Source: an uncultured Acidobacteriota bacterium (GTDB lineage: Bacteria > Acidobacteriota > UBA6911). From it: a stretch of DNA of 64,000 bases. Below the pieces are notes generated by a model that was given only the letters and a program-made list of their open reading frames with translations, did no database searches and had not been told where the DNA came from. Made by a program: the position numbers and the translations under genes. This document shows, one piece after another, positions 10,349 to 21,120 of the stretch; positions within the stretch are counted from its first letter, which is position 1; each line of letters starts with the position of its first letter. The stretch lies in NCBI GenBank assembly GCA_963843575.1, contig CAWJKZ010000024.1, positions 416,001-480,000 of the forward strand. The letters are read 5' to 3'.

Positions 10349-10368
10349 TGAAAGTTCGCGGTCGAAGG

Positions 10369-11805
10369 TCAAACGATGACCCTGGTGTTTCCCCCCCGTT
10401 CGAGGTTGATGTCCATGTTCTGTTTGTTCGTTTTCCACGCCCCGGCCGTGAAATCGGGTATGTCGATGGAGTTCGAGCGGTTCAGGACGGACCACTCGCT
10501 CAGCGGTACGATCGCGCTCCAGGCGGCCGCGTCATAGACATCCTGGTCGAGCGGCAGTCCATTGCGCAGGCAATCAATCAGCCGCCAGTCTTCCAGCAGG
10601 TCGGTGCCGCCGTGACCGGCCTTGGTCTGGAGAGCGAGTTCAGTCATCTGGCGGGTGAGCTTCGGCGTGTATTCATCCGTCAGTGCCTTGAATTCATCAG
10701 GGGGAATCCAGGCGTGATTCCCCACGGAAAGCCTCGGGGGCGGTGGATCGTAGAGCGCGGCCCCTTTGGTGCCATAGATGCCGTGGATGAGGTTGTGCGG
10801 CGACGGTGAAGTGGCATCGTGCTGGAGCATGATGGTGCGCCCCATGTTGGTCCGGATTGTGGTGACGCTCATGTTGCCACGATAAGTCTTTCCGGCAAAC
10901 GGCTTGAAGAACTCATCCGCGGCGGCAAGTTCCAGTGCTTTCGCGTTCATCATGAAGTCGCGGCTCTCGACGGATACCAGGAACTCGAACCTGTCGCCGC
11001 GGTTGATGTTCATCAACTGGCTGACCGGGCCAAGGCCATGGGTGGGGTAGATGTTTCCCCGCCTCGAGGCATATTGCCTGAGCCACCACATGTCCCAATA
11101 CATGTTCCGGGAAAAATTGTTCTCCATCTTGCTGGTGTTGTAGGCGCAGTCACCGTGCACCACCTCTCCGAAAAAACCCTGTCTGGCCATGTTCAGGGTC
11201 ATGATCTGGAAGGGCAGGTAGCAGTCGTTCTCCATCATCATGCAATGCTTCCGGGTCCGTTCGGCGGTTTCCACCAGCGACCAGCACTCGTCGATGGTCC
11301 CGGCGGCCGGCACCTCGGAAGCCACGTGTTTGCCGTGCTCCATCGCGTAGACCGCCATCGCCGCGTGCAGGTACCAGGGAGTGGTTATCATGATCAAGTC
11401 GATGTCGTGGCGCTCACACACCCGCTTCCACTCCTCCGGTCCGCACAGGACGTCCGGGTGGTGAGATGTTCCGCGCAGCCTTTCCTTGGCTGCATGCGCC
11501 TTTTCCGGCCGGATATCGCAGAGAGCCGCGATTTCGACCCCCTCGATCTGGCTCATGATCGCCATGTGGGCCGGACCGCGCTGGCCGAGGCCGATGATCG
11601 CGATACGCACCCTTTCCAGTGGAGGCGCTGCGTAACCGGACATGTTGAAGGGTTGGACGCGGGTCTTCGTCACCTGCCTCCTCACGTCCGCAGGGTCGTC
11701 CCGGCGACCTGCCTGGGGGGCTCTGCCATGCAGCAGGCCGCCGCCGGCGAGACCCAGCCCGGTGAGGCTTGTTGTTTTGATGAAGTTTCGTCGCTTGGTA
11801 TTCAT
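10369..11805 (-). CDS. GH109 NAD-dependent alpha-N-acetylgalactosaminidase-like protein, Tat-exported
   Basis: KRRNFIK Tat motif; IGLGQRG; ASEVPAA; MMMENDCY; YPTHGLGPV; GHGGTD; DVYDAAAWS. Confidence 0.88.
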   Translation of the reverse strand: MNTKRRNFIKTTSLTGLGLAGGGLLHGRAPQAGRRDDPADVRRQVTKTRVQPFNMSGYAAPPLERVRIAIIGLGQRGPAHMAIMSQIEGVEIAALCDIRPEKAHAAKERLRGTSHHPDVLCGPEEWKRVCERHDIDLIMITTPWYLHAAMAVYAMEHGKHVASEVPAAGTIDECWSLVETAERTRKHCMMMENDCYLPFQIMTLNMARQGFFGEVVHGDCAYNTSKMENNFSRNMYWDMWWLRQYASRRGNIYPTHGLGPVSQLMNINRGDRFEFLVSVESRDFMMNAKALELAAADEFFKPFAGKTYRGNMSVTTIRTNMGRTIMLQHDATSPSPHNLIHGIYGTKGAALYDPPPPRLSVGNHAWIPPDEFKALTDEYTPKLTRQMTELALQTKAGHGGTDLLEDWRLIDCLRNGLPLDQDVYDAAAWSAIVPLSEWSVLNRSNSIDIPDFTAGAWKTNKQNMDINLERGGNTRVIV

Positions 11806-11935
11806 ATCCGGCCGGTTTCTGGAGACGAATGGAGTCCCACCCCGCGGGTCGACGGGAGGGCCGCCAGCCGGGTGCTCACCGAATTCGTTGAGCGCTGGCT
11901 GGCGGCCTTCCCGGGTCCGCGGGCAAATTGCCTCC

Positions 11936-14900
11936 CTAGAAGGAGAGCCGGAGGCCGAAGCGGAACTTGCGCTCGTTGCCGTCGAACGCGCTCGTGATGG
12001 CCATGAAGTTGTTGACGTTGGTGATGGCTCCCGTGCTCTGATTCACCGTCATGTTGCTGACGTTGGCTGACGGATTGTTGAAGCGCGGGGTGTTGGTGAA
12101 ATTGAACGATTCCGCCCTGAACTGGAGCATGAAACGCTCCGTGATGCGGAAATCTTTGAACAGGACCAGGTCGGCTCTCTGGAAGCCGGGTCCGCGCAGT
12201 GAGTTGCGGCCCATGCTGCCGAAACGGTAGGTGCCCGCCGGGCGCTGGAAATTCGGGTCGCGGAAAGACTCCACCTTGAAGTACTGAGTGCCCGGGCCGA
12301 CGTCGCCGATCTTGACGATTTCTCCGATCTGGTCGGCGGTCTGGCTGGATCCCGGGGTATTGAGCGAGGCGGACGAGGCGGATACGGTGAAGGGCGTGCC
12401 CGAGTAAGCGGAGTAGATGCCGTTGATGCGCCAGCCACCGAAGACGTGGTTCGCGACGCCCCCGAGAGCAAAGCGTTTGCCGGCACCCCAGGGCATCTCG
12501 TAAACCCAGCTCACGACAAGCATGTGTGGACGGTCGTAGCCGGTTACGGAGCGGTTGCGGTAGAGGGCGTCGGGCATGTTGGTGAGCGGCAGGGCCTGCC
12601 AGCCGTCGTCGTCGGCCAGGCTGATAGCCTTGGACCAGGTGTAGGCGCCCTTTATGAAAAGGCCGTGCGACAGGTTCTTGTTGACCGCGACCTGCATCGA
12701 ATGATAGTTCGCGTTGCCCCAGCCATCCCACATGAGGGCTTCGATGAGGCGCTTCTGGGTGGCTACAAGCGGGCGGGAGGAGTTGCCGCCGCCGATGTAC
12801 GTTGCCGCGTTGATGTCGCGGTCCAGGAACTGGCGCACGGTCTGGTTTCCGACGTAGGCGACCGAAACGAGGAGGTCGGCGGGGAGTTGCCGTTCGATGG
12901 TGAAGTTCCAGCTCTGGATGTAACCTCGCTTGATCATGCCCGGCCACGGGCTGCGCGGGCCCATGTTGACGGTCGGGGGCAAGGTCACGGAGCCGCTGGA
13001 AATGTCAGGGGTGGCGACTTCGGGAATGCCGTTCTGGAGCAAGCCGTAATAGCCGTACGTGGTGGGGGCTACCCAGCTCGAAGCGATGGTGGCAGGATAG
13101 AGTCCGCGCAGCGGGCGGGAGATCACCATGGGATCGTAGGTGATCCCGTAGCCGGTCCGCAGGACGGTCTTGTTACCCAGCCTCCAGGCGACGCCGACGC
13201 GCGGGGCGAAGAGCTTCTTGGAGGTGCTGAGGCCGTTTTCACGCGGGACGCTGCCCACGCCGCCGATGGTGACGATGTTCGTGACGGGATCCCAGCGTTC
13301 GAGGCCGCGGCCGTCGGCGCGGCGTCATCAACGGATAGTATTCGTAGCGCAGGCCGAGGTTCAGCGTGAAATTGCGGCTGATCTGCCACCGGTCGCGGAA
13401 GTAAAGGCCGTTCTGCCATTCACGCGTGGTCATGTCGAAGTACTGCACCGACTTGTCGGCGCTGCCGAGGATCCCGAGCAGGCCGGCCGCGTACGTGTGA
13501 ACGGAGCGGGCGACCTGACCCTCGAAGCACGACAGCGTTGCCGCCGGGATTCAGGCAGCCGCGCGGGTTGGCGACTTCGGGCTGCCAGTGGTTCAGGGCG
13601 TGGTGGACGATGTCGACGCCCCAGCGGAATTCGTGCGCTCCCCGTCAGCTTGGTGAAGTTGGTGGTGAAGGTGTAGCTGCGGTCGGCGTAGAAGTTGGGA
13701 TTGGACGAGGCGGAGTTGCCCCACTGGGTGAAACCGTTGCTGATATAGGGCATGCCGGAGTAGCGGATGTCGTTGGCGAATGTCTTGCCGCCGTTCGTCC
13801 CCGGGATCTTCCAGACCTCCGATCCCCAGTTCTTTCCATAGTCAGGCCCGAGGGCTTCGTTCTTGAAGCGCGTGTGGCCGAAGACGCCGTCCACGAGGAA
13901 GGTGGGCGACTGCGTGAGGTTGAAGCCGAAGGTGGGAATCCTGATCTGTGACGTCGGCCACGCCGTTTTGCCCGAGCGCGGGGCCGACCAGTTCGCCGAG
14001 AGCGCCGGCGCCAAAGACGTTCGCCTCCATGTCAGAGTACTTGCCCCAGACCATCAGCTTGTTCGTGACGTTGTAGTTGACCTTGACGTCGTAGTTGTCG
14101 CGGGTCATCCCCGTGCTCGCCGATGCGGAGTAGTTGTTCGTGAGCCCATAGGAGTCCGCGGCCTTCTGATTCGGCAGGGGACAGAGCTTCTGAATCTCGG
14201 TCCAGATCGGCGAGATGACGCGACGCGGGGATCTTATTCCCTTCAAAGGGGGTGCGGTTGTTGCCTTCGGCGTCGCCGGTCAGCGGATCGTAGATGAGCC
14301 CCAGGCCGGTGTAGGCGGAAAAATCGCCCGCACGTACGTCGGCGGGCGGGACGCTGTAATTGCCGGACTGGCCGGTGCGCAGCCAGTTCCGCTCGAAGCT
14401 GAAAAAGTAAAACAACTTGTTCTTGATGATGGGGCCGCCGATAGTGGCGCCCGGGATGTTGGTGATCGACTTGGGGAGACGGGGCTTCACCACGCTCTGC
14501 TGATAGAAATAAGGCCGGGCATAGAGGTGCTGGTTGTCGTGGTACCAGTAGCCGGAGCCGTGGATGTCGTTGGTGCCGGACTTGGTGGACACGGTGACGG
14601 CGGCGCCGCCCGCCATGCCCTGTTCGGCGTCGAAGGAGGAGGTCGAGATGTTGACGTTGTCGATGGCCTCGACGGGCGGGTTGTAGAGCGTGTGGTGCGG
14701 CAGCCAGATGTAGACGTTGATGGCGCCATCGACCCGGGTGTTGTTGTTGTTGCGGTTGGTGCCGTTGACGTTGGTGGTGAGGGAGCGTTGCGGGGATGCG
14801 CCCATGGAGTTCTGTTCCGCGGCGGGAGTGGCCCCGGGCACGAGATTGATCAGGCTCTGGTAGTTGCGATAGTTGGCCAGCGGGAGTTCGACGACGGCGC

Positions 14901-15339
14901 GGGATGTGAGTTCGGCACGGGTATCGGAACGGTCGGTCTGCAACACGGCGGCCGATCCGGTAACCGTTACCTGCTCGCTGAGCTGACCAACCTCCAGGCG
15001 GAGGTTGACGCGGGTAACGCTGTTGATGGTGACCTCGACACCGGTCCGCGTCAGGGTGCGGAATCCGGGCGCGGTGACGGTGATGGTGTATGTGCCGGCG
15101 GGCATGTTGACCGCCGTGTAACGGCCTTGCGCATCCGCCGTAATCTCACGGGCCGTCCCGGTAGGCACGTGGGTGAGCGAAACGGTGGCGCCGGGAAGAA
15201 CAGCGCCCGAAGGATCCTCGACGTTGCCCACGATCGAGCCGTATAGCACTTGGGCAGATGCGGGCTGGCTGGCGATACACGCCACGAAAAGCAGGGGAAG
15301 AAAGGTTCTGAATGGGCTGATCCATCTTTGCATGACCAT
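11936..15339 (-). CDS. TonB-dependent receptor with carboxypeptidase-regulatory-like N-terminus (several frameshifts at ~13250-14250)
   Basis: Signal peptide + GSIVGNVEDPSGAVLPGATV; ELPLANYRNYQSLINLVPG; KSGTNDIHGS; GGPIIKNKLFYF; LNLGLRYEYY; FAPRVGVAW; C-terminal RKFRFGLRLSF. Pieces lie in different frames. Confidence 0.9.
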
Positions 15340-15726
15340 CGTTCAAAACCTCCAGCATGGAAAAGAACATTCGGTTGGCTCTTCTGCCGATCAGATTAAA
15401 AAGATCTTACTGCCGTTTCCGTCAGAGGATGTAGCAAAAACAGGTGCCAGGCAACGCGTCGGCCTGGTCCACTGCCAGGCGAAGCCGACGCCTGACCGAT
15501 TTCGGCTACTACGGAGTTGTTAGTTGAAGCATGTCTGCCCCAACATCCCTGTTTCTCTGTGTGGTCGGCCAGAGCAGGGCGGAGACACGGGTTGCCGGAC
15601 GCCTCCTGTCGCCAGGTCGATCCGTGTGGATCCGCGCGAATCGGCGTCCTGAAGAATAGGTTAGCGTATCTGTGAACATCAGTGCTAAGTTGCGGGACCG
15701 CCCCTCAGGCGGGTTGACGGGAGAGA

Positions 15727-17885
15727 TGTCGGGAAGTGATCCAGTGACAGGGTTACGGCGTGCCACCGTGGCTGGGGTGTTATCGCTCCTAGCGGTCGGA
15801 CTTTATGCAGTGTCGCTCCTCGCAGCGCAGGATGCGGCCCAGACCCGTCACGCCCACGTGGTGAAGATAACCGACCCCCCGGTTATAGACGGGCTCCTGG
15901 ATGACCCGGTGTGGCAACAAGCGGAAGTGCTGACCGACTTTGTCCAGAGGATTCCATACAGCGACGTGCCGGCCACCGCCGTTACAGAAATCCGCCTCCT
16001 GCGAGACGATCACAACATCTACGCCGCCGCCTACATGAAGCAGGACCCGGCCACCATCACCCACAACAAGCTGCGACACGAAGACAGCCCTTTCCTGGAC
16101 GACACAATCGAGCTGATCTTCGACACGTTTCACGACCACCTCCGGGCATCCGTCTTTCTCACCAATCCCAACGGCGCGAAGCTCGACACCCAGATTGACG
16201 GGTACAAGGGATTCAACGACAACTGGAATGAAGTGTGGGACGTGCGCACGACCATACAGCCCGACGGGTGGTGTGCCGAGTATCGCATCCCCGTCCGCGT
16301 CCTGCGCTTTCAGCCTGGGCGAGACGTTTGGGGACTGCAGGTGCAGAGGCGCATCCAGTACAACCAGGAGAACGATTACTGGGTGGCCGTGCCGAAGCAG
16401 TACGATCACTCCCACCTAGGCTATGCCGGCGACATCTCAGGATTTGCAGATCTGCGCCAGTCGCGGAACCTGCAGGTGATCCCGGCGCTCGTCCCCACGC
16501 GGCTCCAGTCCGCGGACCTGGCCGATCCCAAGTACGATGCGGAGCCCAGCCTCGACGTCAAATATGTCATGGGCTCGAACATGACGCTGGATCTGACCGC
16601 CAACACGGATTTCGCCCAGGTCGAGGCCGACGACACCCAGGTGAATCTGACTCGGTTCAGCCTGTTCTTCCCGGAGAAGCGGGAGTTCTTCCTGGAGTCG
16701 GCCAGCTTGTTCGACTTCGGGGTGGCAAAAGATACGCAGATTTTCTTCAGCCGGCGCATCGGGATCGCCCAGGGTCAGGAAGTGCCCATTTGGGGCGGCG
16801 CGCGCCTCACGGGCAAGATCGACAGGTTCGACGTCGGCCTAATGACGATGGAGACCAAGGATTCGCCGGTGCAGGAGGCCACCAACTACTCGGTGGTGCG
16901 GGTTCGCCGCAACCTGAGAGGCCGCTCCACGCTCGGCGCGATCTTCACGAATGCCACGCGTGCGGGATACGACAATCGCGTCTTCGGATTGGACACGAGC
17001 ATTTACCTGACGGCTAACCTGCGGCTGAAGGGATTCATCGCCGCCGCGGGCGGCTCCAGCATCAGGGGCAATCCCTTGGCACAAAACCTTGCTCTCGAGT
17101 ACCAAACGGATCCCTTGAGCCTGACGTTTGCCGGGAAAACCGTCGATGCGGATTTTGATCCCGGTGTCGGCTATGTCAAACGGGCCGGCATCCGGGATTT
17201 CACCGCTACGGCCCGCCGTCGCTGGCGCCCGAACAGGGAGTGGAGCCGGAACGTGGACTTGACCGGCAGTTTTTCCTATCTGACCGATACCGACAGCCGC
17301 TTGCTGACCCGCCTGGCGTCGCTCCAGGCGAGCAACGTGCTTCCTTCCGGCTCTCATCTGGACTTCACCCTCTCCCGCTCCTTTGAACAGCTCACGCAAG
17401 ACTTCAAGATCATGCCCTCGGTGGTGATTCCCCTGGCGGCGTACGGCTTTCAGACCCAGACGATAAGCTGGCAATCGGCAACCAGCCGGCGTGTGTCCTT
17501 CAAAAGCTCCTTTTCGCGGGGAAGTTTTTACGGGGGAAATCAGAAGGAAGTCATCCTTTCCAACACGATGCATTACTCCCGTCATCTCCGCACCACTGCC
17601 GAATACCAGTACGACCGGGTAAACCTCCCGGGAGGCAACTTCAGCACCACCGTGGCGCGTCTGCGCGTGAACTATGCCTTCAATCCCGAGGTCAGCATCA
17701 ACGGCCTGCTGCAGTGGAACAGCACCACGCAGGAGTTCTCGGCCAACCTCGTCCTGCGTATCTTGTACGCCCGCGATTCCAACATCTACTTCGTCTACAA
17801 CGAGCGCCGGATCGACAACTCCACCGGATGGATGCTTGGCCAGCGTGCCGAGATCTTCAAGATCACCTACAGGCTCTACCTCTGA
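15727..17885 (+). CDS. CBM9-like/DUF5916 outer-membrane protein
   Basis: PPVIDGLLDDPVW, LDLTANTDFAQVEAD, NLTRFSLFFPEKREFFLE, FFSRRIG, C-terminal KITYRLYL. Confidence 0.88.
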
Positions 17886-18051
17886 GGCTACGTTCCGGCA
17901 CTGTGCCGAAGCTACCCCGGAAGTTCTGCCCTTTCCCGGGATCGACTGGCGGGCGGCCGGTGGGGGTTGAGCCCGAAGGATCCGGTGATGCTGACAATCC
18001 GCTGGCCCGGGGACGATTGATGAAACCTGGAAACGGCGGGGATCGTCCAAC

Positions 18052-19626
18052 ATGATGATGATCCTGAGAGCTTTTTGCGCAATCCTGTTGTTAGGTGCGG
18101 CGCCGGCGGAGGAGGCTACCCTGGTCGTCACCGGGGCGCACGTCTGGACGGGCAACCCACGCCAGCCTTGGGCGGAGGCGGTGGCGGCACTCGGGGAACG
18201 GATCCTGGCGGTGGGTTCGGCGCAGGATGTCGGCAAGTTCGTGGCGAACTCGACGCGGGTCGTCGACGGGCATGGCCGCATGCTGGTTCCCGGGTTCATC
18301 GATTCCCACACCCACCTCCTCATGCCTGCGCCCGCTGTCACGCCTATTTCGATCCGTTTCGCCAGGACGAAGGAGAAGTTCACTGAGCGGGTCGGCGCGT
18401 ATGCCGCAAAAGCGCCCAAAGGCGCATGGATCCTGGGCGGGGACTGGGACCATCGGCTGTGGGGAGGGGCCCTGCCTTCGCGGGACTGGATCGACAAGGT
18501 GACGCCCGGGAATCCGGTCTGGCTGTATCACGTGGACCAGGAAATGGCGCTGGCCAATTCCGCCGCCCTGCGTGCCGCGGGCATCACGCGGGACACGAAG
18601 GAAGAGCCGCCCGGGGGGATTGTCAGAGACCCCTCGACGGGCGAGCCCACCGGGATCCTGCGGCTGGGCGCCATGTCGCTGGTCGACGCCGCGGCCGAGG
18701 CGGTCGACCGGGACAACCACGACCGGGTTCTCGACGACTACATGCGCCGGATGGCGGCCGAGGGCACCACCTCGGTGCACAACACGACGGCGTGGAACCA
18801 GCTGCTGGTCTTCCGGCGTGCCCGGGCGAACGGGCGGTTGCGCGCCAGGATTTACGCCGCGCTGGCCCCGATCGGCGCCTGGAGGCGCCTGGTCGAGTAC
18901 ATTTCGATCAACGGCAGCGGCGATTGTTGGCTGCGCTGGAAGGCCGTCAAAGGATATGCGCGGAACTGGCCCGAGCCTTCGCCGGGCGCTCGCCCCGCCC
19001 CTCCGGGGCCAGGAGCGGTGGAGTCCAGCCTTGAGGAATTTGGCTCCTGGGTTGCGTCGGCGTCCGCAGCCGGGCTGCAGGTCCTCGTACACGACGGCGG
19101 CGGGATTCACCAGCTGCTGGGTATTTTCGAACGCGTCAGGCGGGAGCAGAATCTCGTCGACCCCCGCTTCCGCATCGAGCACGTCTTCTTCCTGACCGAC
19201 TCGGACGCCGCCAGGTTCGCGGGCGCCGGCGTCGTCGGGAGCCTGCAACCCGCGCTCGCCTTCGCATTCGACGATCCGCTCGAGTTCCAGCATCACCTGC
19301 CCTATCGCCCGCTGCTCGACGCGGGGGCGAGGATCGCATTCGGCAGCGATCAGGTGATCGGCTCGCCGCTGGCGGGAATCGCTCTCGCGGCAACGCACCC
19401 CGTGTCTCAGGGGAGAAAGATGCAGGTCGAGGAGGCGCTGCGCGCCTATACCTCGGACGCGGCCTATGCCGCCTTCGACGAGGACGAAAAAGGCACCCTG
19501 GAGCCCGGCAAGCTCGCGGACTTTGTCCTGATCGATCGCGACATCACCCGGATTCCACCCCGGGAAATCCGGGAAGCAAAAGTGCAGATGACGGTGGTCG
19601 GGGGGAAGGTCGTCTACGAGCGCTGA
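18052..19626 (+). CDS. secreted amidohydrolase (YtcJ/Amidohydro_3 family)
   Basis: PGFIDSHTH, ANSAALRAAGI, GEPTGIL, RFRIEH, AFGSD, KGTLEPGKLADFV. Confidence 0.9.
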   Translation: MMMILRAFCAILLLGAAPAEEATLVVTGAHVWTGNPRQPWAEAVAALGERILAVGSAQDVGKFVANSTRVVDGHGRMLVPGFIDSHTHLLMPAPAVTPISIRFARTKEKFTERVGAYAAKAPKGAWILGGDWDHRLWGGALPSRDWIDKVTPGNPVWLYHVDQEMALANSAALRAAGITRDTKEEPPGGIVRDPSTGEPTGILRLGAMSLVDAAAEAVDRDNHDRVLDDYMRRMAAEGTTSVHNTTAWNQLLVFRRARANGRLRARIYAALAPIGAWRRLVEYISINGSGDCWLRWKAVKGYARNWPEPSPGARPAPPGPGAVESSLEEFGSWVASASAAGLQVLVHDGGGIHQLLGIFERVRREQNLVDPRFRIEHVFFLTDSDAARFAGAGVVGSLQPALAFAFDDPLEFQHHLPYRPLLDAGARIAFGSDQVIGSPLAGIALAATHPVSQGRKMQVEEALRAYTSDAAYAAFDEDEKGTLEPGKLADFVLIDRDITRIPPREIREAKVQMTVVGGKVVYER

Positions 19627-19890
19627 AATGGCCCGCGTTGCGCCGGTTCGCACGACGCCCTATTTTCTCCGGAGCACCTCCAAGGCTTGCGCAACCCCGG
19701 GGCCCCTTCCAGCCGCCACATCGTCGTCGGCGAATTCCGGCACGGCGATCTCGGGGGGAATGCCGATGCCATCGAACGTCGTCCCGGACGGAGTTCGAAA
19801 CGCGAGCTGCTGCGTCGTCTCCCGGGGCAAACCCGGAACTGGTCGGTGAGATCCGCGGCAGGGGTAGATCTCATCGGTTCCAGGGTGATT

Positions 19891-21081
19891 CTAAACTCGC
19901 CCGCCGAGAAGGCCCTCGTGCAGAAACACGGGCTTGTAGCCGTGTTCGGTAACCCACCGGATTGCCGCGTCCAGCCTCTGCGCGTGGTCGGGAACGTAGT
20001 TACGGTAGAACGGCCAGAAGTATTGTTCGTGGGTGAACAGGTCCATGATCTCCGCGGTGTCGGGGTTGGCGGCCAGGGGGTCCAGCGTGCCGGCGATACG
20101 GTCGACCGGCACGTTGTTACACACGATGTCGACACGCGAAAAGACAATCCCGCTGTCGAAATCCTTCCAGGCATCGTGCTGGGAGAGATACTCCGAATGC
20201 CGATCGTCCCAGCGGTAGTTGACGTCATACCCGCGATCGGTACGGGAAAAGTAACCGCTCAGCGCCCGCACGCCGCGGGTGAACAGTGGTTTGAGCGCAG
20301 ACTGCCGCGTCATGCCCCAGTGGATTACGGTGGGCGGCGCATAGACCTCCTCGCCGGCAATCCGGAGGATCTCGGCCGCCACGAGGTCCAGGTCGGCGAT
20401 CAGCTTCTCGGGCGGGGCATCCTCATAGGGCCTGTCCGGGTCGTTGGCGTAGGCATGGAAGGCCAGCTTCATCCAATCGGAGTTGTCGCGCCACTCGCCC
20501 TTGTAGCGGTCGGGAAACTGGGGCAGTTTGAAATCGTCCCCGGTCGTGTAGTAGATGTTCACGGAGAACTTCGCCCCGTACTTCCGGTGCAGGTCGCGCA
20601 GGATCTTCAGGTAGAAGCAGTCAAAAAGCGACGCGTAGCCCTTCTGCGCGATGTCGCGCAGAAAGAAACTGTTGTCGTCGATGGAGAAACGATACCGGGG
20701 TTCGCTGTAACGGTCCCAGACCACCCGGACGCTGTCCCTGTGCGGCCCGCCCCCTCCCTCGGCGAGTGCGACCAGTTCGGTCTCCGCCCCCCTCAAAACG
20801 ACGTCCGCACTGAAACGGTCTGCCTCGCGCCGGCACGGCGCACCGTTGACCGTCACCCGATCGCCCTGCGGGGCCGTGCCCGAAACGCGGATGGTCAGGC
20901 CGCCCGTGGCCGGCTTGCCGTGCCTGTGGTTCAGAACCGCGCCGTCGAATGGCTCGGCGATCTTCAGAGGTTGGCTTGTCGGTGCAGCGGACGTGTTCCC
21001 TCGCAGCGCCTGCCAACCGGTTGCGGCGCCGGCCGCGGCCGAGTTCAGGAAGCTGCGCCGGTTCATCCCGAAGCCTGTCAT
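19891..21081 (-). CDS. Tat-exported hypothetical protein with Ig-like N-domain and a polysaccharide-deacetylase-like barrel
   Basis: NRRSFL Tat motif; FSIDDN, LAFHA, VIHWG and FTHEQYF resemble NodB-type metal motifs. Confidence 0.65.
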   Translation of the reverse strand: MTGFGMNRRSFLNSAAAGAATGWQALRGNTSAAPTSQPLKIAEPFDGAVLNHRHGKPATGGLTIRVSGTAPQGDRVTVNGAPCRREADRFSADVVLRGAETELVALAEGGGGPHRDSVRVVWDRYSEPRYRFSIDDNSFFLRDIAQKGYASLFDCFYLKILRDLHRKYGAKFSVNIYYTTGDDFKLPQFPDRYKGEWRDNSDWMKLAFHAYANDPDRPYEDAPPEKLIADLDLVAAEILRIAGEEVYAPPTVIHWGMTRQSALKPLFTRGVRALSGYFSRTDRGYDVNYRWDDRHSEYLSQHDAWKDFDSGIVFSRVDIVCNNVPVDRIAGTLDPLAANPDTAEIMDLFTHEQYFWPFYRNYVPDHAQRLDAAIRWVTEHGYKPVFLHEGLLGGRV

Positions 21082-21120
21082 GGTCTGCTCCTTCGGCTGT
21101 GTGCCGGGATCGTGGGATGC

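Noticed and set aside
15432-15450. Sigma-54-like TGGCAC...TTGCT on the minus strand, upstream of the TonB receptor
   Set aside because: GG-to-GC spacing is 11 nt rather than the strict 10. It would qualify only if the A5 run is a sequencing error.
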